From the NCBI GenBank assembly GCA_020348985.1, contig CP070761.1, positions 1,252,639 through 1,273,646 of the forward strand: 21,008 nucleotides of DNA, given 5' to 3'. The translations under genes and the position numbers were made by a program. The notes beneath the pieces were generated by a model. The model did not search any database. It was not told the DNA's origin and saw only the letters and a program-made list of their open reading frames with translations. Position 1 is the first letter of the stretch, and every line of letters starts with the position of its first letter. Below are positions 1 through 8,076 of the stretch, piece by piece. The stretch comes from Candidatus Thorarchaeota archaeon (GTDB lineage: Archaea; Asgardarchaeota; Thorarchaeia; Thorarchaeales; Thorarchaeaceae).

Positions 1-591
1 CGCAAGCCATCGCTCATTGAGTGTCATCGTTGGAAACCAGGGCATGAGGTAGAAACCGGCCTCTCCTGCCAAGAACTCCCTCCAGTCGACTCTCCAATCA
101 CCTACGAACGGATCCCTTGATAGGGTTCTTTCCATGATATTGGTCCAACTGTCCCAGCGCCTGAAGAACCTGTCAACGGATCGACTCAATTTGTCTTGCC
201 ATGTGCCCTTTTCATCACTGCGGGCTGCAAATGTAAGCAACAGTCTAGTCAAATCATGGATTCTATTTATGGCCGCTCCCTCCAGATGGTGGTCAGAATT
301 GGAGACCATGAGGGCTACGGCTGGTACAAGTCCAAAGATGTCAGATGTTTGAAAATTGCCGTTAGAATCGTTGTACTGCTTAGCGAACTCATCCAGTATA
401 CTGCTTCGAAGACCAAGATGCATGTGAATGACAGCGCTGTCGTTCGACTCATCTGCTACAATCTCGACGTTTGTGACTGTTCTGTCCTTACAGGTGATCA
501 TCACTTGAAAGGCCGATGTCAAATCACGACATTCGCCAGAACCCTTGGAATCTTCAAGGGAAGTAAACATCTTCTCCAATGTGGGCTTCAT
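1..591 (-). CDS. Hypothetical protein, 3'-truncated by the window edge (>=197 aa, MKPTLEKMFTSLEDSKG...WRVDWREFLAGEAGFYLMPWFP...)
   Basis: My manual translation of the reverse strand is open from ATG at 591 to base 1 with no stop. It is absent from the ORF track because it runs off the edge. A TATA-like CTTATAAC lies upstream on the - strand (about 648-655). No family recognised. Confidence 0.75.
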   Translation of the reverse strand, partial: MKPTLEKMFTSLEDSKGSGECRDLTSAFQVMITCKDRTVTNVEIVADESNDSAVIHMHLGLRSSILDEFAKQYNDSNGNFQTSDIFGLVPAVALMVSNSDHHLEGAAINRIHDLTRLLLTFAARSDEKGTWQDKLSRSVDRFFRRWDSWTNIMERTLSRDPFVGDWRVDWREFLAGEAGFYLMPWFPTMTLNERWLA

Positions 592-1049
592 TGTGTCATA
601 CCTGTCAACTTACAGGCACTCAGAGTTAGTTCAGTCTTCGTACACGTGTTATAAGGATTCAATTATGCTTCAGCTGGCTTTAGGTAGTCAAGAAGGCGTT
701 AGATTTCTATCTGGGCATTTAGAAAGCAGAAAGATATGATTAAACTCTTAATAGCACCCTTCTGACCAAGACGCTGTGACGATTTGCAGAAGTCAATGAG
801 AACAGTTCCGGTTCCATAAGAATTGAGCACGGAATCTAATATACTCCCACAAAACAGTGCCATCTAAACGCACAGTTTGACGTCATTTTGCCATTCTTGT
901 GTCGAGATTCCAGTGTGTAGAGACGCGGCTAGCTCAGATACAGCCGGGATGATAGATACTTGAAAGAAAATGAACGGATCCAAGCTTGACCCGGATGTGC
1001 CTGACCCGACCCCATGGTAATCTAGACCGTGGAAAATGCCTCGACGCGC

Positions 1050-1102
1050 AGTTTGCGGCACAAACTAAGTTGTGCTCCAAAGATAGTCCACTTGTTATAT
1101 AC
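1050..1102 (+). promoter_or_regulatory. Promoter module copy 1: GTTTG-N5-CAAAC palindrome, CCAAAGATAGTCCAC box, TATA (TTATATAC)
   Basis: TATA 1095-1102 ends 30 nt before the ATG at 1132. The module aligns without gaps to 4352-4404 (38/53 identical by manual count). Confidence 0.8.
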
Positions 1103-1131
1103 AAATTATTCACTCTCAAACTAGAACAACA

Positions 1132-1878
1132 ATGAGTGAAACTGCAATAACGATTAGTAACTTGGTCAAGAGATTCGATGATGTCGTAGCAGTCGACGGA
1201 CTTGATCTTGAAATCAAGTGGGGAGAGCTGTTCGGCCTCCTTGGCCCGAACGGTGCAGGAAAGACTACTACACTCAATATCCTGAACACGCTCCTAGAAA
1301 TGACTGAAGGTTCGGCGTCTGTCGGAGGATACGATGTCGTTGAGGATGCGGACAAGGTGCGCGAGCTGATAGGCGTATGCCCCCAAGAGCCATCTTACTA
1401 CGGGTTCTTGTCTGGCCGCGAAAACATCGAGCTTTTTGGCGACTTGCACGGCGTACCAAAGGATGTGCTTGACGAGCGCATTGATGATCTTATCAGAAAG
1501 ATAGGATTAGAGGATCACATCAACAGACGAGCCAAAGAGTATAGTGGCGGAATGATTCGTCGCGTTAGCACACTAATGGCGCTCGTCCACGATCCCAAAG
1601 TTGCCTTGCTCGACGAGCCAACGGTCGCCATGGATCCTGTCTCAAGACGAGCAGTCTGGGATTTCATCAGGGAGCTGAAGGACAACGGCATGGCGATAAT
1701 CCTCACAACCCACTATATGGAGGAAGCTGAGGTGCTTTGCGACAGAGTTGGCATAATCGATGAGGGTAGGCTGATTGCACTTGGTTCTCCTAAGGAACTT
1801 ATGGATAAGTACGAGGCAGAAGACCTTGAAGAGGTCTTCATCAAGCTTACCGGAAAGAAGCTGACGGAGGGGGTCTAG
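1132..1878 (+). CDS. ABC-2 type exporter ATP-binding subunit (DrrA/NodI/CcmA-like)
   Basis: Walker A GPNGAGKT, Q-loop CPQE, signature YSGGM, Walker B LLDEPT, H-loop TTHYMEEAE. Confidence 0.95.
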   Translation: MSETAITISNLVKRFDDVVAVDGLDLEIKWGELFGLLGPNGAGKTTTLNILNTLLEMTEGSASVGGYDVVEDADKVRELIGVCPQEPSYYGFLSGRENIELFGDLHGVPKDVLDERIDDLIRKIGLEDHINRRAKEYSGGMIRRVSTLMALVHDPKVALLDEPTVAMDPVSRRAVWDFIRELKDNGMAIILTTHYMEEAEVLCDRVGIIDEGRLIALGSPKELMDKYEAEDLEEVFIKLTGKKLTEGV

Positions 1879-1879
1879 C

Positions 1880-3040
1880 ATGAAAACACGAACTGTCATG
1901 GCTCTTGTAAAGAAGAACTTGAAAGGCACAACAAGAGAGCCGGCGGCTCTGTTTCTTGTGATACTGTTCCCTCTGCTTACGACGGTGGCCTTTGGACTCG
2001 CTTTTGGTGGAATGGATAGTGGTGGCACTTCTGAGTTCACAATTGGTGTTGTGAACATGGACTCAGGCCCCTATGATTCTGTATGGGCCGAGAGCTTTGT
2101 GGGCAACTTGACGGAGGTGAACGGAACGATTGTCACTCACTATGATGACAACACAACAGGCCAAGACGACCTTCTCAATGGAAACTTGGATGCACTTGTC
2201 GTCATCCCTGAGGGCTTCAGCGAGAGCTGCGATTCTTACTGGCAAACACCAGGCGATAGCGGCAGCTGGATCAACTCAACCGTAGAGCTCTATGTTGACA
2301 GTGGTTCAATGATTGCGGGAGGCGCGATACCACCACTTGTACAGCAAGTTCTGTTGAATACGCTCTTTGGTGAGCAGTCCATGTCCTTGGAGCTGCCAAT
2401 TGAGATTGGAAGTCCATCAAGCGTTGTAGTAAGCGACATGACTCAGTGGGACTTCATGGCGCCCGGAATGTTTGCGTTTGCCGGTGTGTTTCTCATCATG
2501 ACTGTGTCGCAAACTTTGGGTGTGGAAAGGGAAACAGGCCTACTAGGACGAATGGCAACAACGCCCGTGACTTCTTCGGAGTATATGGTCAGCCAGACTC
2601 TATCCAACATGATTCTGGCACTAGCACAGGTTGCAGTTATTTTCACATCTTCAATTCTAATCGGCTATCAGCCCGACACTAGCCTGGCGGGATTGGTTTT
2701 CGCATTTGGCATTGTCAGTCTGTTTGCTCTGACCTCAGTTGGGTTAGGCCTAATCACAGCGGTACTCTCCAAATCTCCAGATGTCGCCACAGGCATTGCA
2801 TTCATCTTCATCATGCCGCAAATGTTCTTTGGAACCTTCATGCCACTGGGTGCATTGTCTGAGAGCATCGGTAAGTTCATGCCTAGCGGCTATGTCACCC
2901 ATGCGTTAACCACGCTCTTCCTGAGGGGCGCGCCAATCACAACTTTCTCGGTCTGGATGGACCTGCTAATCCTTGCCGTTACTGGCATCGTGGTTCTTGT
3001 TGTGGGCATTGTCCTCTTCAAGAAACGAGGGATAAAGTAA
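1880..3040 (+). CDS. ABC-2 type exporter permease with large extracellular loop
   Basis: N-terminal TM helix, extracellular domain (IGVVNMD...DALVVIPEGFS), ERETGLLGRMATTP motif, then five further hydrophobic helices. Starts 1 nt after the ATPase stop. Confidence 0.92.
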   Translation: MKTRTVMALVKKNLKGTTREPAALFLVILFPLLTTVAFGLAFGGMDSGGTSEFTIGVVNMDSGPYDSVWAESFVGNLTEVNGTIVTHYDDNTTGQDDLLNGNLDALVVIPEGFSESCDSYWQTPGDSGSWINSTVELYVDSGSMIAGGAIPPLVQQVLLNTLFGEQSMSLELPIEIGSPSSVVVSDMTQWDFMAPGMFAFAGVFLIMTVSQTLGVERETGLLGRMATTPVTSSEYMVSQTLSNMILALAQVAVIFTSSILIGYQPDTSLAGLVFAFGIVSLFALTSVGLGLITAVLSKSPDVATGIAFIFIMPQMFFGTFMPLGALSESIGKFMPSGYVTHALTTLFLRGAPITTFSVWMDLLILAVTGIVVLVVGIVLFKKRGIK

Positions 3041-3052
3041 CTCCAATCCTAC

Positions 3053-3098
3053 TCTGTGCTGCCTGCATTGGAAAGGTGGCACAGACGTTCTTCTTTTT
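3053..3098 (+). terminator. Stem-loop plus T-rich tract after the ABC operon
   Basis: TCTGTGCTGCCT (3053-3064) pairs with AGGTGGCACAGA (3074-3085), 12 bp including 2 G-U pairs, followed by TTCTTCTTTTT. Confidence 0.6.
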
Positions 3099-3193
3099 CA
3101 ACAGTTCGCGTTTCTTGTGTTAGCTGAAAGCTATCTGTTTCGAAGGTATTTAATAGAGGACGGATTGCTTCAAGCAAATGGGAACGTGACACA

Positions 3194-3889
3194 ATGAGTC
3201 AAGAGTCGGGCAACTCTGATGAAGAGAATCCTCTTGAAGATGTGCGAGAGCAAGCTAGACAACTTCTTGAGTTGACATCACTAGTTGAGAAGTACCCAAT
3301 TGTTGTAGCACGAAGAGTTACAGGGCTGGTCTATATACTTGTAGCAGGAGCAATCTCGTTTGCTTCTTTGGTATTTGTAACTCTGTTCAACATCATCGAG
3401 GATATCTATCAGAGCCTAATTCCGGTGCTGCTTGTTGTGGGGACTAGCCTCTTCCTAGCATGGCTAATCGCATTCAGACTTATTGCTCCACTGTCAAGAT
3501 CCTATGTTGTTCCTTCTGCTGAGAGTGAGATGTCCACAGGGTGGAAACTGATATGGGGGATACTGGCCGTCCTGATTGTAATAGCAGCAGCGTATACCTT
3601 CGGGACTGGGCAAGACCTTCTCTTTGCACCAATACTGCAGTTCCTCATGACAATTGGTATCTTTGTCAACTACTGGGGTGCAACCAAGGTTCCAGAGACA
3701 GCTCCTTTTGCTCGTGAACTTCTTGTCTATGCGGTCTTGATTGGACTTAGCATGATCCCAATCCTTCTCTTTCCGTCGTTCTCTTATGTCTTCATAATGA
3801 TAGTCGACATGGGGGGCATCTATTTCCTTGGGGTCTATATGCTGATATCCGCCGAGAAGGCACTTCTTGTAGGATCGGGGCGGGAGTAG
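3194..3889 (+). CDS. Hypothetical integral membrane protein (about 6 TM helices)
   Basis: 231-aa ORF with an acidic N-terminus followed by repeated hydrophobic segments. TATA-like TTTAATAG at 3149-3156. Coupled to the downstream regulator. Confidence 0.8.
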   Translation: MSQESGNSDEENPLEDVREQARQLLELTSLVEKYPIVVARRVTGLVYILVAGAISFASLVFVTLFNIIEDIYQSLIPVLLVVGTSLFLAWLIAFRLIAPLSRSYVVPSAESEMSTGWKLIWGILAVLIVIAAAYTFGTGQDLLFAPILQFLMTIGIFVNYWGATKVPETAPFARELLVYAVLIGLSMIPILLFPSFSYVFIMIVDMGGIYFLGVYMLISAEKALLVGSGRE

Positions 3890-3890
3890 C

Positions 3891-4274
3891 TTGGGTCTAG
3901 ACGACAGCCTCATGCAGGCCCTTGTCGGGCTGTTAGAGGAGGACCGGGATACTTTCGTCCCTGCTAGGCTGTCGATTCTCGTCTATCTGTTCTTCACACA
4001 AAGCGCACGGTTCACAGACCTTCAGAAAACACTGAAGCTGACATCGGGCAACTTGTCGAGTCATCTAAGTAAACTTGAAAGCTTGGAGTTGATTCGAATC
4101 TCAAAGAGATTCGTCGAGCTGAAGCCAACAACAATCGTCTCCATAACACAAGAAGGATCTGAAAAAGTGCGCGGACAGCTCCTTCGGATGAGGGAGTTGG
4201 TGCTGATGGCTGTTGGACAAGATCTGGCCAAACCGGATACGTCATCCGAAGAGGCTCGGGCCACAACGGAGTAA
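3891..4274 (+). CDS. Winged-helix transcriptional regulator (HTH_34 / ArsR-MarR-like)
   Basis: RLSILVYL...FTDLQKTLKLTSGNLSSHLSKLE...KPTTIVSITQEG matches the family pattern. TTG start 1 nt after the previous stop. Confidence 0.88.
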   Translation: MGLDDSLMQALVGLLEEDRDTFVPARLSILVYLFFTQSARFTDLQKTLKLTSGNLSSHLSKLESLELIRISKRFVELKPTTIVSITQEGSEKVRGQLLRMRELVLMAVGQDLAKPDTSSEEARATTE

Positions 4275-4351
4275 ACTAATCGCCTTCGGACGTGGAGTGT
4301 ATCTCCTATTGTCAAGGTGTTGAGAATCCCGGAGAGAAAAGGAATTCTCGG

Positions 4352-4404
4352 AGTTTGCCTCGCAAACCAGTCCGCAAGCCAAAGATTGTCCACGTATTAT
4401 ATAC
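4352..4404 (+). promoter_or_regulatory. Promoter module copy 2: GTTTG-N5-CAAAC palindrome, CCAAAGATTGTCCAC box, TATA (TTATATAC)
   Basis: Same elements and spacing as 1050-1102. TATA 4397-4404 ends 32 nt before the ATG at 4436. Confidence 0.8.
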
Positions 4405-4435
4405 CTTCCATGAGTGGCAGTTCATGTGATAAAGA

Positions 4436-5074
4436 ATGTCTTTGATTGAAATCACAGAGAAATGGGCACACCCTATATTGAAGGCCGATAGAAGCACACT
4501 GAGTGGATATCTCTTCTTTATAGGCGGACTTCAGTGGTTCATTGGCTTGCTTGCCGCAGAATCATGGTATGCTGGATATAGCAGCCGAATCGATTACGTA
4601 AGCGAACTTGGTATAGGACCTACAGCGGTGTTGTACAACGCATCTGTGTTTATACTCGGAGCCCTCATAGTTGTGGGATCTTACTTCCTCAACGAGACTG
4701 GTGAACGAAAAGGGTTCTCGCTTCTGCTTGCGCTTGCAGGGGTAGGAGCTGCGGGTGTGGGAGTGTTTCCTGGTTATCAACAACCAATGCATAGCATTTT
4801 CACGTTGATTGCTATCCTATTTGGTTCGTTCGCTGCAATTGCCTCGTACAGACACCAGAGGAAGCCGATGTCACACATCTCTATGGTTTTGGGAATTGTC
4901 GCACTTGTATGTTCGTTTATGTTCATGCCATATTTGGGACTGCCAACTGGGTCCACCGAGACTTTTCTCGGATTGGCAAAGGGATCTATGGAACGCTGGG
5001 CTATCTACCCTATACTTGCGTGGATTATGAGCTACGGAAGCTATCTGGTTGGCTCAACTGATGCAACTCAATAA
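4436..5074 (+). CDS. DUF998-like integral membrane protein
   Basis: Family-typical motifs YSSRIDYVSELG, GVGVFP, a conserved His (PMH) and GSMERWAIYP; about 6 TM helices. Confidence 0.8.
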   Translation: MSLIEITEKWAHPILKADRSTLSGYLFFIGGLQWFIGLLAAESWYAGYSSRIDYVSELGIGPTAVLYNASVFILGALIVVGSYFLNETGERKGFSLLLALAGVGAAGVGVFPGYQQPMHSIFTLIAILFGSFAAIASYRHQRKPMSHISMVLGIVALVCSFMFMPYLGLPTGSTETFLGLAKGSMERWAIYPILAWIMSYGSYLVGSTDATQ

Positions 5075-5085
5075 GTCTCTCAATA

Positions 5086-5114
5086 GGAGTCCCTTGTGGG
5101 ACTCCACTCCTCTT
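5086..5114 (+). terminator. Hairpin terminator candidate after the DUF998 gene
   Basis: Perfect 8-bp stem GGAGTCCC-TTGT-GGGACTCC (5086-5105) followed by a pyrimidine-rich tract. Confidence 0.55.
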
Positions 5115-5251
5115 TGATTCCGTTTGAACAATAGACACATGACTATCAGGAAGTTACAAAATCAAAGGGAACATTCATATCTGGACATCTGAGGTCCGGG
5201 GCTCGCCTAAAGGATACTTCAGAATGAAATTGGATATTGGAGCTCACAAAC

Positions 5252-6610
5252 ATGTCTGATGACAAGACTGTCGAGGAACTAAAGAAGAAGGCCGAGAAGC
5301 CGAGCCATGACGCCTTGGTGCTTCATCCGCACTACAAGGGGAAAATAATGTCAATTGGCAAAGCCCCAGTGAGGAGCTTTGATGACTTTGCTATCTGGTA
5401 CACTCCCGGAGTTGCCGCTGCTTGCAGAGCAATTGAGAAGGACCCAGAACAGGCCTATGAGATGCTTAACAAAGGGAACATGGTCGCTGTCGTGAGTGAC
5501 GGGACCAGGGTACTAGGCCTTGGTGACATAGGACCTCTTGCCGCCGGTCCAGTCATGGAAGGGAAGGCGATTCTCTTCAAGTACTTGGGGGGCGTCGATG
5601 CGTGGCCCGTCTGTCTTGACACAAGAGACCCTGACAAGATTATCGAGACCGTCAAGCTGATTGCGCCGTCCTTTGGTGGAATCAATCTGGAGGACATATC
5701 AAAGCCCAAGTGCTACAAGGTCCTCGAGGAGTTGCGAAACGACAAAGACCTCGACATTCCTGTCTGGCACGATGACGCTCAGGGAACTGCCACAGTCGTT
5801 CTCGCTGGGGTCCTAGGTGGACTGAAGGTTGTGGGGAAGGACATTGAGAACTGCAAGGTGGCCTTGCTAGGTGTTGGATCCGCCAACACCCGAACCGCGT
5901 ATTTGATGTTCTCTGCTGGTGTTGACCCGAAGAATGTAGTCATGGTCGATAGCAAGGGTGCAATATATTCAGACAGAGAGGATATTGTAGCAGACAAGAA
6001 CGGTGACACTTTCAAGTATGATCTGGCACAGAAAACGAATCCTGACAGAATGACTGGAGATCTTGGCGAAGTCATTGAAGGAATGGACGTCCTGATATCA
6101 GCTTCCAGACCGGTGCCCGGTACTATCAAGAAGGAGTGGGTGTCGAAGATGGCAAGCGACTCGATCGTCTTTGCCTGCGCCAACCCAATTCCCGAAATCT
6201 GGCCGTGGGATGCAAAGGACGCAGGAGCCCGCATTGTTGGCACAGGACGCAGCGATTTTGACAACCAGATCAACAATAGCCTCGGATTCCCAGGGATTTT
6301 CAGAGGTACTCTTGACGTGAGGGCAACCACCATCTCCGATGAAATGTGCATTGCTGCTGCTGAGGCACTTGCAGATCTTGGCGCTAAAGAGGCCACTGAG
6401 AAGAAAGTGATACCCACGATGGATCGATGGGAGCTCTACCCACAAGAAGCCACTGCCGTGGGAATGAAAGCCATTGAGCAGGGCATCGCGAGAAAGCAGT
6501 GGGAAGAGAAAGAGCTCTACAAGCATGCTGAGCACATCATCAAAGTTGCTCGCGGCTCATCTGAGATGCTATATAAAGAGGGATGGATACCAAAGGCACC
6601 AAAGACCTGA
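5252..6610 (+). CDS. mae: NAD(P)-dependent malic enzyme (malate oxidoreductase, decarboxylating)
   Basis: YTPGVA, VSDGTRVLGLGDIG, PVMEGKA, GGINLEDI, WHDDAQGTA, ANPIPEI and GTGRSDFDNQINNSLGFPGIFRG motifs. ATG at 5252 preferred over TTG at 5237. Confidence 0.95.
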   Translation: MSDDKTVEELKKKAEKPSHDALVLHPHYKGKIMSIGKAPVRSFDDFAIWYTPGVAAACRAIEKDPEQAYEMLNKGNMVAVVSDGTRVLGLGDIGPLAAGPVMEGKAILFKYLGGVDAWPVCLDTRDPDKIIETVKLIAPSFGGINLEDISKPKCYKVLEELRNDKDLDIPVWHDDAQGTATVVLAGVLGGLKVVGKDIENCKVALLGVGSANTRTAYLMFSAGVDPKNVVMVDSKGAIYSDREDIVADKNGDTFKYDLAQKTNPDRMTGDLGEVIEGMDVLISASRPVPGTIKKEWVSKMASDSIVFACANPIPEIWPWDAKDAGARIVGTGRSDFDNQINNSLGFPGIFRGTLDVRATTISDEMCIAAAEALADLGAKEATEKKVIPTMDRWELYPQEATAVGMKAIEQGIARKQWEEKELYKHAEHIIKVARGSSEMLYKEGWIPKAPKT

Positions 6611-6647
6611 GCTCACAGGTGTCGATATCTTGCGCTGGATATCGTCA
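6605..6647. terminator. Two inverted repeats between the convergent mae and hdrB genes
   Basis: ACCTG-N6-CAGGT (6605-6620) and CGATATCT-N6-GGATATCG (6623-6644). Confidence 0.4.
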
Positions 6648-6673
6648 ATGCATTGCCTTTCTCTTCAGGCCAG

Positions 6674-7579
6674 CTAGTTCTTAGCCTCTACTGGACGGCC
6701 TTCGCCAGGCACGCCTGGTGCTGACGCGGTCACTGGGCCCTTGACCCTATGCGCTTTGATTATTGGCACCATTCCAGGGATCTCCAAGGCTACCGCTAGC
6801 AACTCAGTGTAGTAGTAGACAGGTAGTTTGAAGTCAGTACCAAATGTTTTGTTGACAATCCTCTGGCCTGACTCAAACGAAATGAAACAAGAGGGGCAGA
6901 ACACGACGGCGGCATCAGGATTCACCATTTTCATGCTTGTCATCTTCTCCCTGAGAATGGCGAATGATGCTTCCCGATTAGCTCTCCTCGTTCCGGTTCC
7001 ACAACACATAGTCTTATCCATGTACTCCAATGGCTCAATGCCTAGGACTTCCACGAGCCCGTCGAATTTCACGGGCGCTTCACAATCATCAATCTGCAGA
7101 ATCGCTTCTGGTCTCAGCATGTGACAGCCTGAGTGTGTGACAACTCTCAGCTCTAGAGGTCTCTTCACTTTCTCGGCAATCGCCTCTGGCCCAATGTCAT
7201 CAAAGAGGACTTGATGCATGTGCTTGACGGCTGAGACCCCAGTGTATTCCATTCCAATTTCGCCCAGGACTTCATTGACTGCATCTTTTCTATCAGGATG
7301 AGTGTCCAACTCGTGCTTTGCAGTCATGAAAGACTCGTGGCATCCTGTGCAAGCTGTTAGGACATCAAGCTTCGACTTCTCAGCAAGTGCCAAGTTTCTG
7401 GCAGCAAGAGCAAGCCATGTTTCATCCGAGAAAGATCTGACGCTGTTCGGTTCTGGGCAGCAAGTGAATGGCAAATCCACAAGCTCGATGTTAAAGTGGG
7501 GGGCCACTAACCGAATGGACTTCTCCACGAAGGGGAGCCTGTATGCCATTGTGCAACCTGGGAAGAATGCGTACTTCAA
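6674..7579 (-). CDS. hdrB: Heterodisulfide reductase subunit B
   Basis: Two CCG domains: FPGC...TCCP...CTGC and HSGCH...MCCG...CPSC. The TTG start overlaps the hdrC stop (TTGA). Confidence 0.93.
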   Translation of the reverse strand: MKYAFFPGCTMAYRLPFVEKSIRLVAPHFNIELVDLPFTCCPEPNSVRSFSDETWLALAARNLALAEKSKLDVLTACTGCHESFMTAKHELDTHPDRKDAVNEVLGEIGMEYTGVSAVKHMHQVLFDDIGPEAIAEKVKRPLELRVVTHSGCHMLRPEAILQIDDCEAPVKFDGLVEVLGIEPLEYMDKTMCCGTGTRRANREASFAILREKMTSMKMVNPDAAVVFCPSCFISFESGQRIVNKTFGTDFKLPVYYYTELLAVALEIPGMVPIIKAHRVKGPVTASAPGVPGEGRPVEAKN

Positions 7580-8067
7580 TCCGAACCGACCCCCTTGCTC
7601 TGATAGAGCTCAAGCAAATCTGTTGCACCAGTGAGCTCCAGAACCTTTCTTACTTCCTTTGCAGTCGGCCTCTTCAACGGAGGCAAGTCGTATTTCTCAC
7701 GCATCTTGTCGAGATCCGAGTCTTGTGCGATAACGCCTGTCGAGAGAATAGAATGGATGATTTCTGGCAGACCCTCAGGCGCATTACCCTTCTCGGTTGA
7801 GATATTCTTAACCGCGACAAGAAGATGAGCAAGTGACACGCCCATCGGGCATCTCTGCTCGCACATCAGACAATAGGCGCAGGACCATTCGGTTCCATCG
7901 GGTTCAATCACTCCGGTCTTTACAATCTCATCGATAGCGTGGCGCGGATTGATCTCAGGGGCAACACGGAAGACTGGGCATGATGATGCGCAAATGCCAC
8001 ACTGGAAACAAGGCCTAATCGACTCGATGATGCTCTCAATCTCTTCGGGTGTCTTCGTGTCTGTCAT
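7576..8067 (-). CDS. hdrC: Heterodisulfide reductase subunit C (2x[4Fe-4S])
   Basis: CFQCGICASSCP and CAYCLMCEQRCP; lies between hdrA and hdrB. ATG at 8067 has AGGTGG just upstream; GTG at 8076 is an alternative start. Confidence 0.92.
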   Translation of the reverse strand: MTDTKTPEEIESIIESIRPCFQCGICASSCPVFRVAPEINPRHAIDEIVKTGVIEPDGTEWSCAYCLMCEQRCPMGVSLAHLLVAVKNISTEKGNAPEGLPEIIHSILSTGVIAQDSDLDKMREKYDLPPLKRPTAKEVRKVLELTGATDLLELYQSKGVGSD

Positions 8068-8076
8068 TGTGGCCAC

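Noticed and set aside
134-739. Plus-strand ORFs 134-352, 196-654 and 545-739
   Set aside because: These are shadows of, or overlap, the uninterrupted minus-strand gene 1-591, and have no recognisable motifs.
945-993. Eukaryote/Asgard-type SECIS reading (ATGA...AAA...TGA)
   Set aside because: Helix II pairs poorly, the site is upstream of divergent genes rather than in a 3' UTR, and no in-frame TGA selenoprotein is present in the window.
864-1119. Short minus-strand ORFs (65 and 61 aa) in the intergenic region
   Set aside because: No motifs or RBS, and they overlap the conserved promoter module.
5455-6535. Long antisense ORFs within mae (and similar ones within hdr, the FAD gene and the methyltransferase)
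   Set aside because: Typical reverse-frame shadows of strongly conserved genes, with no independent motifs.
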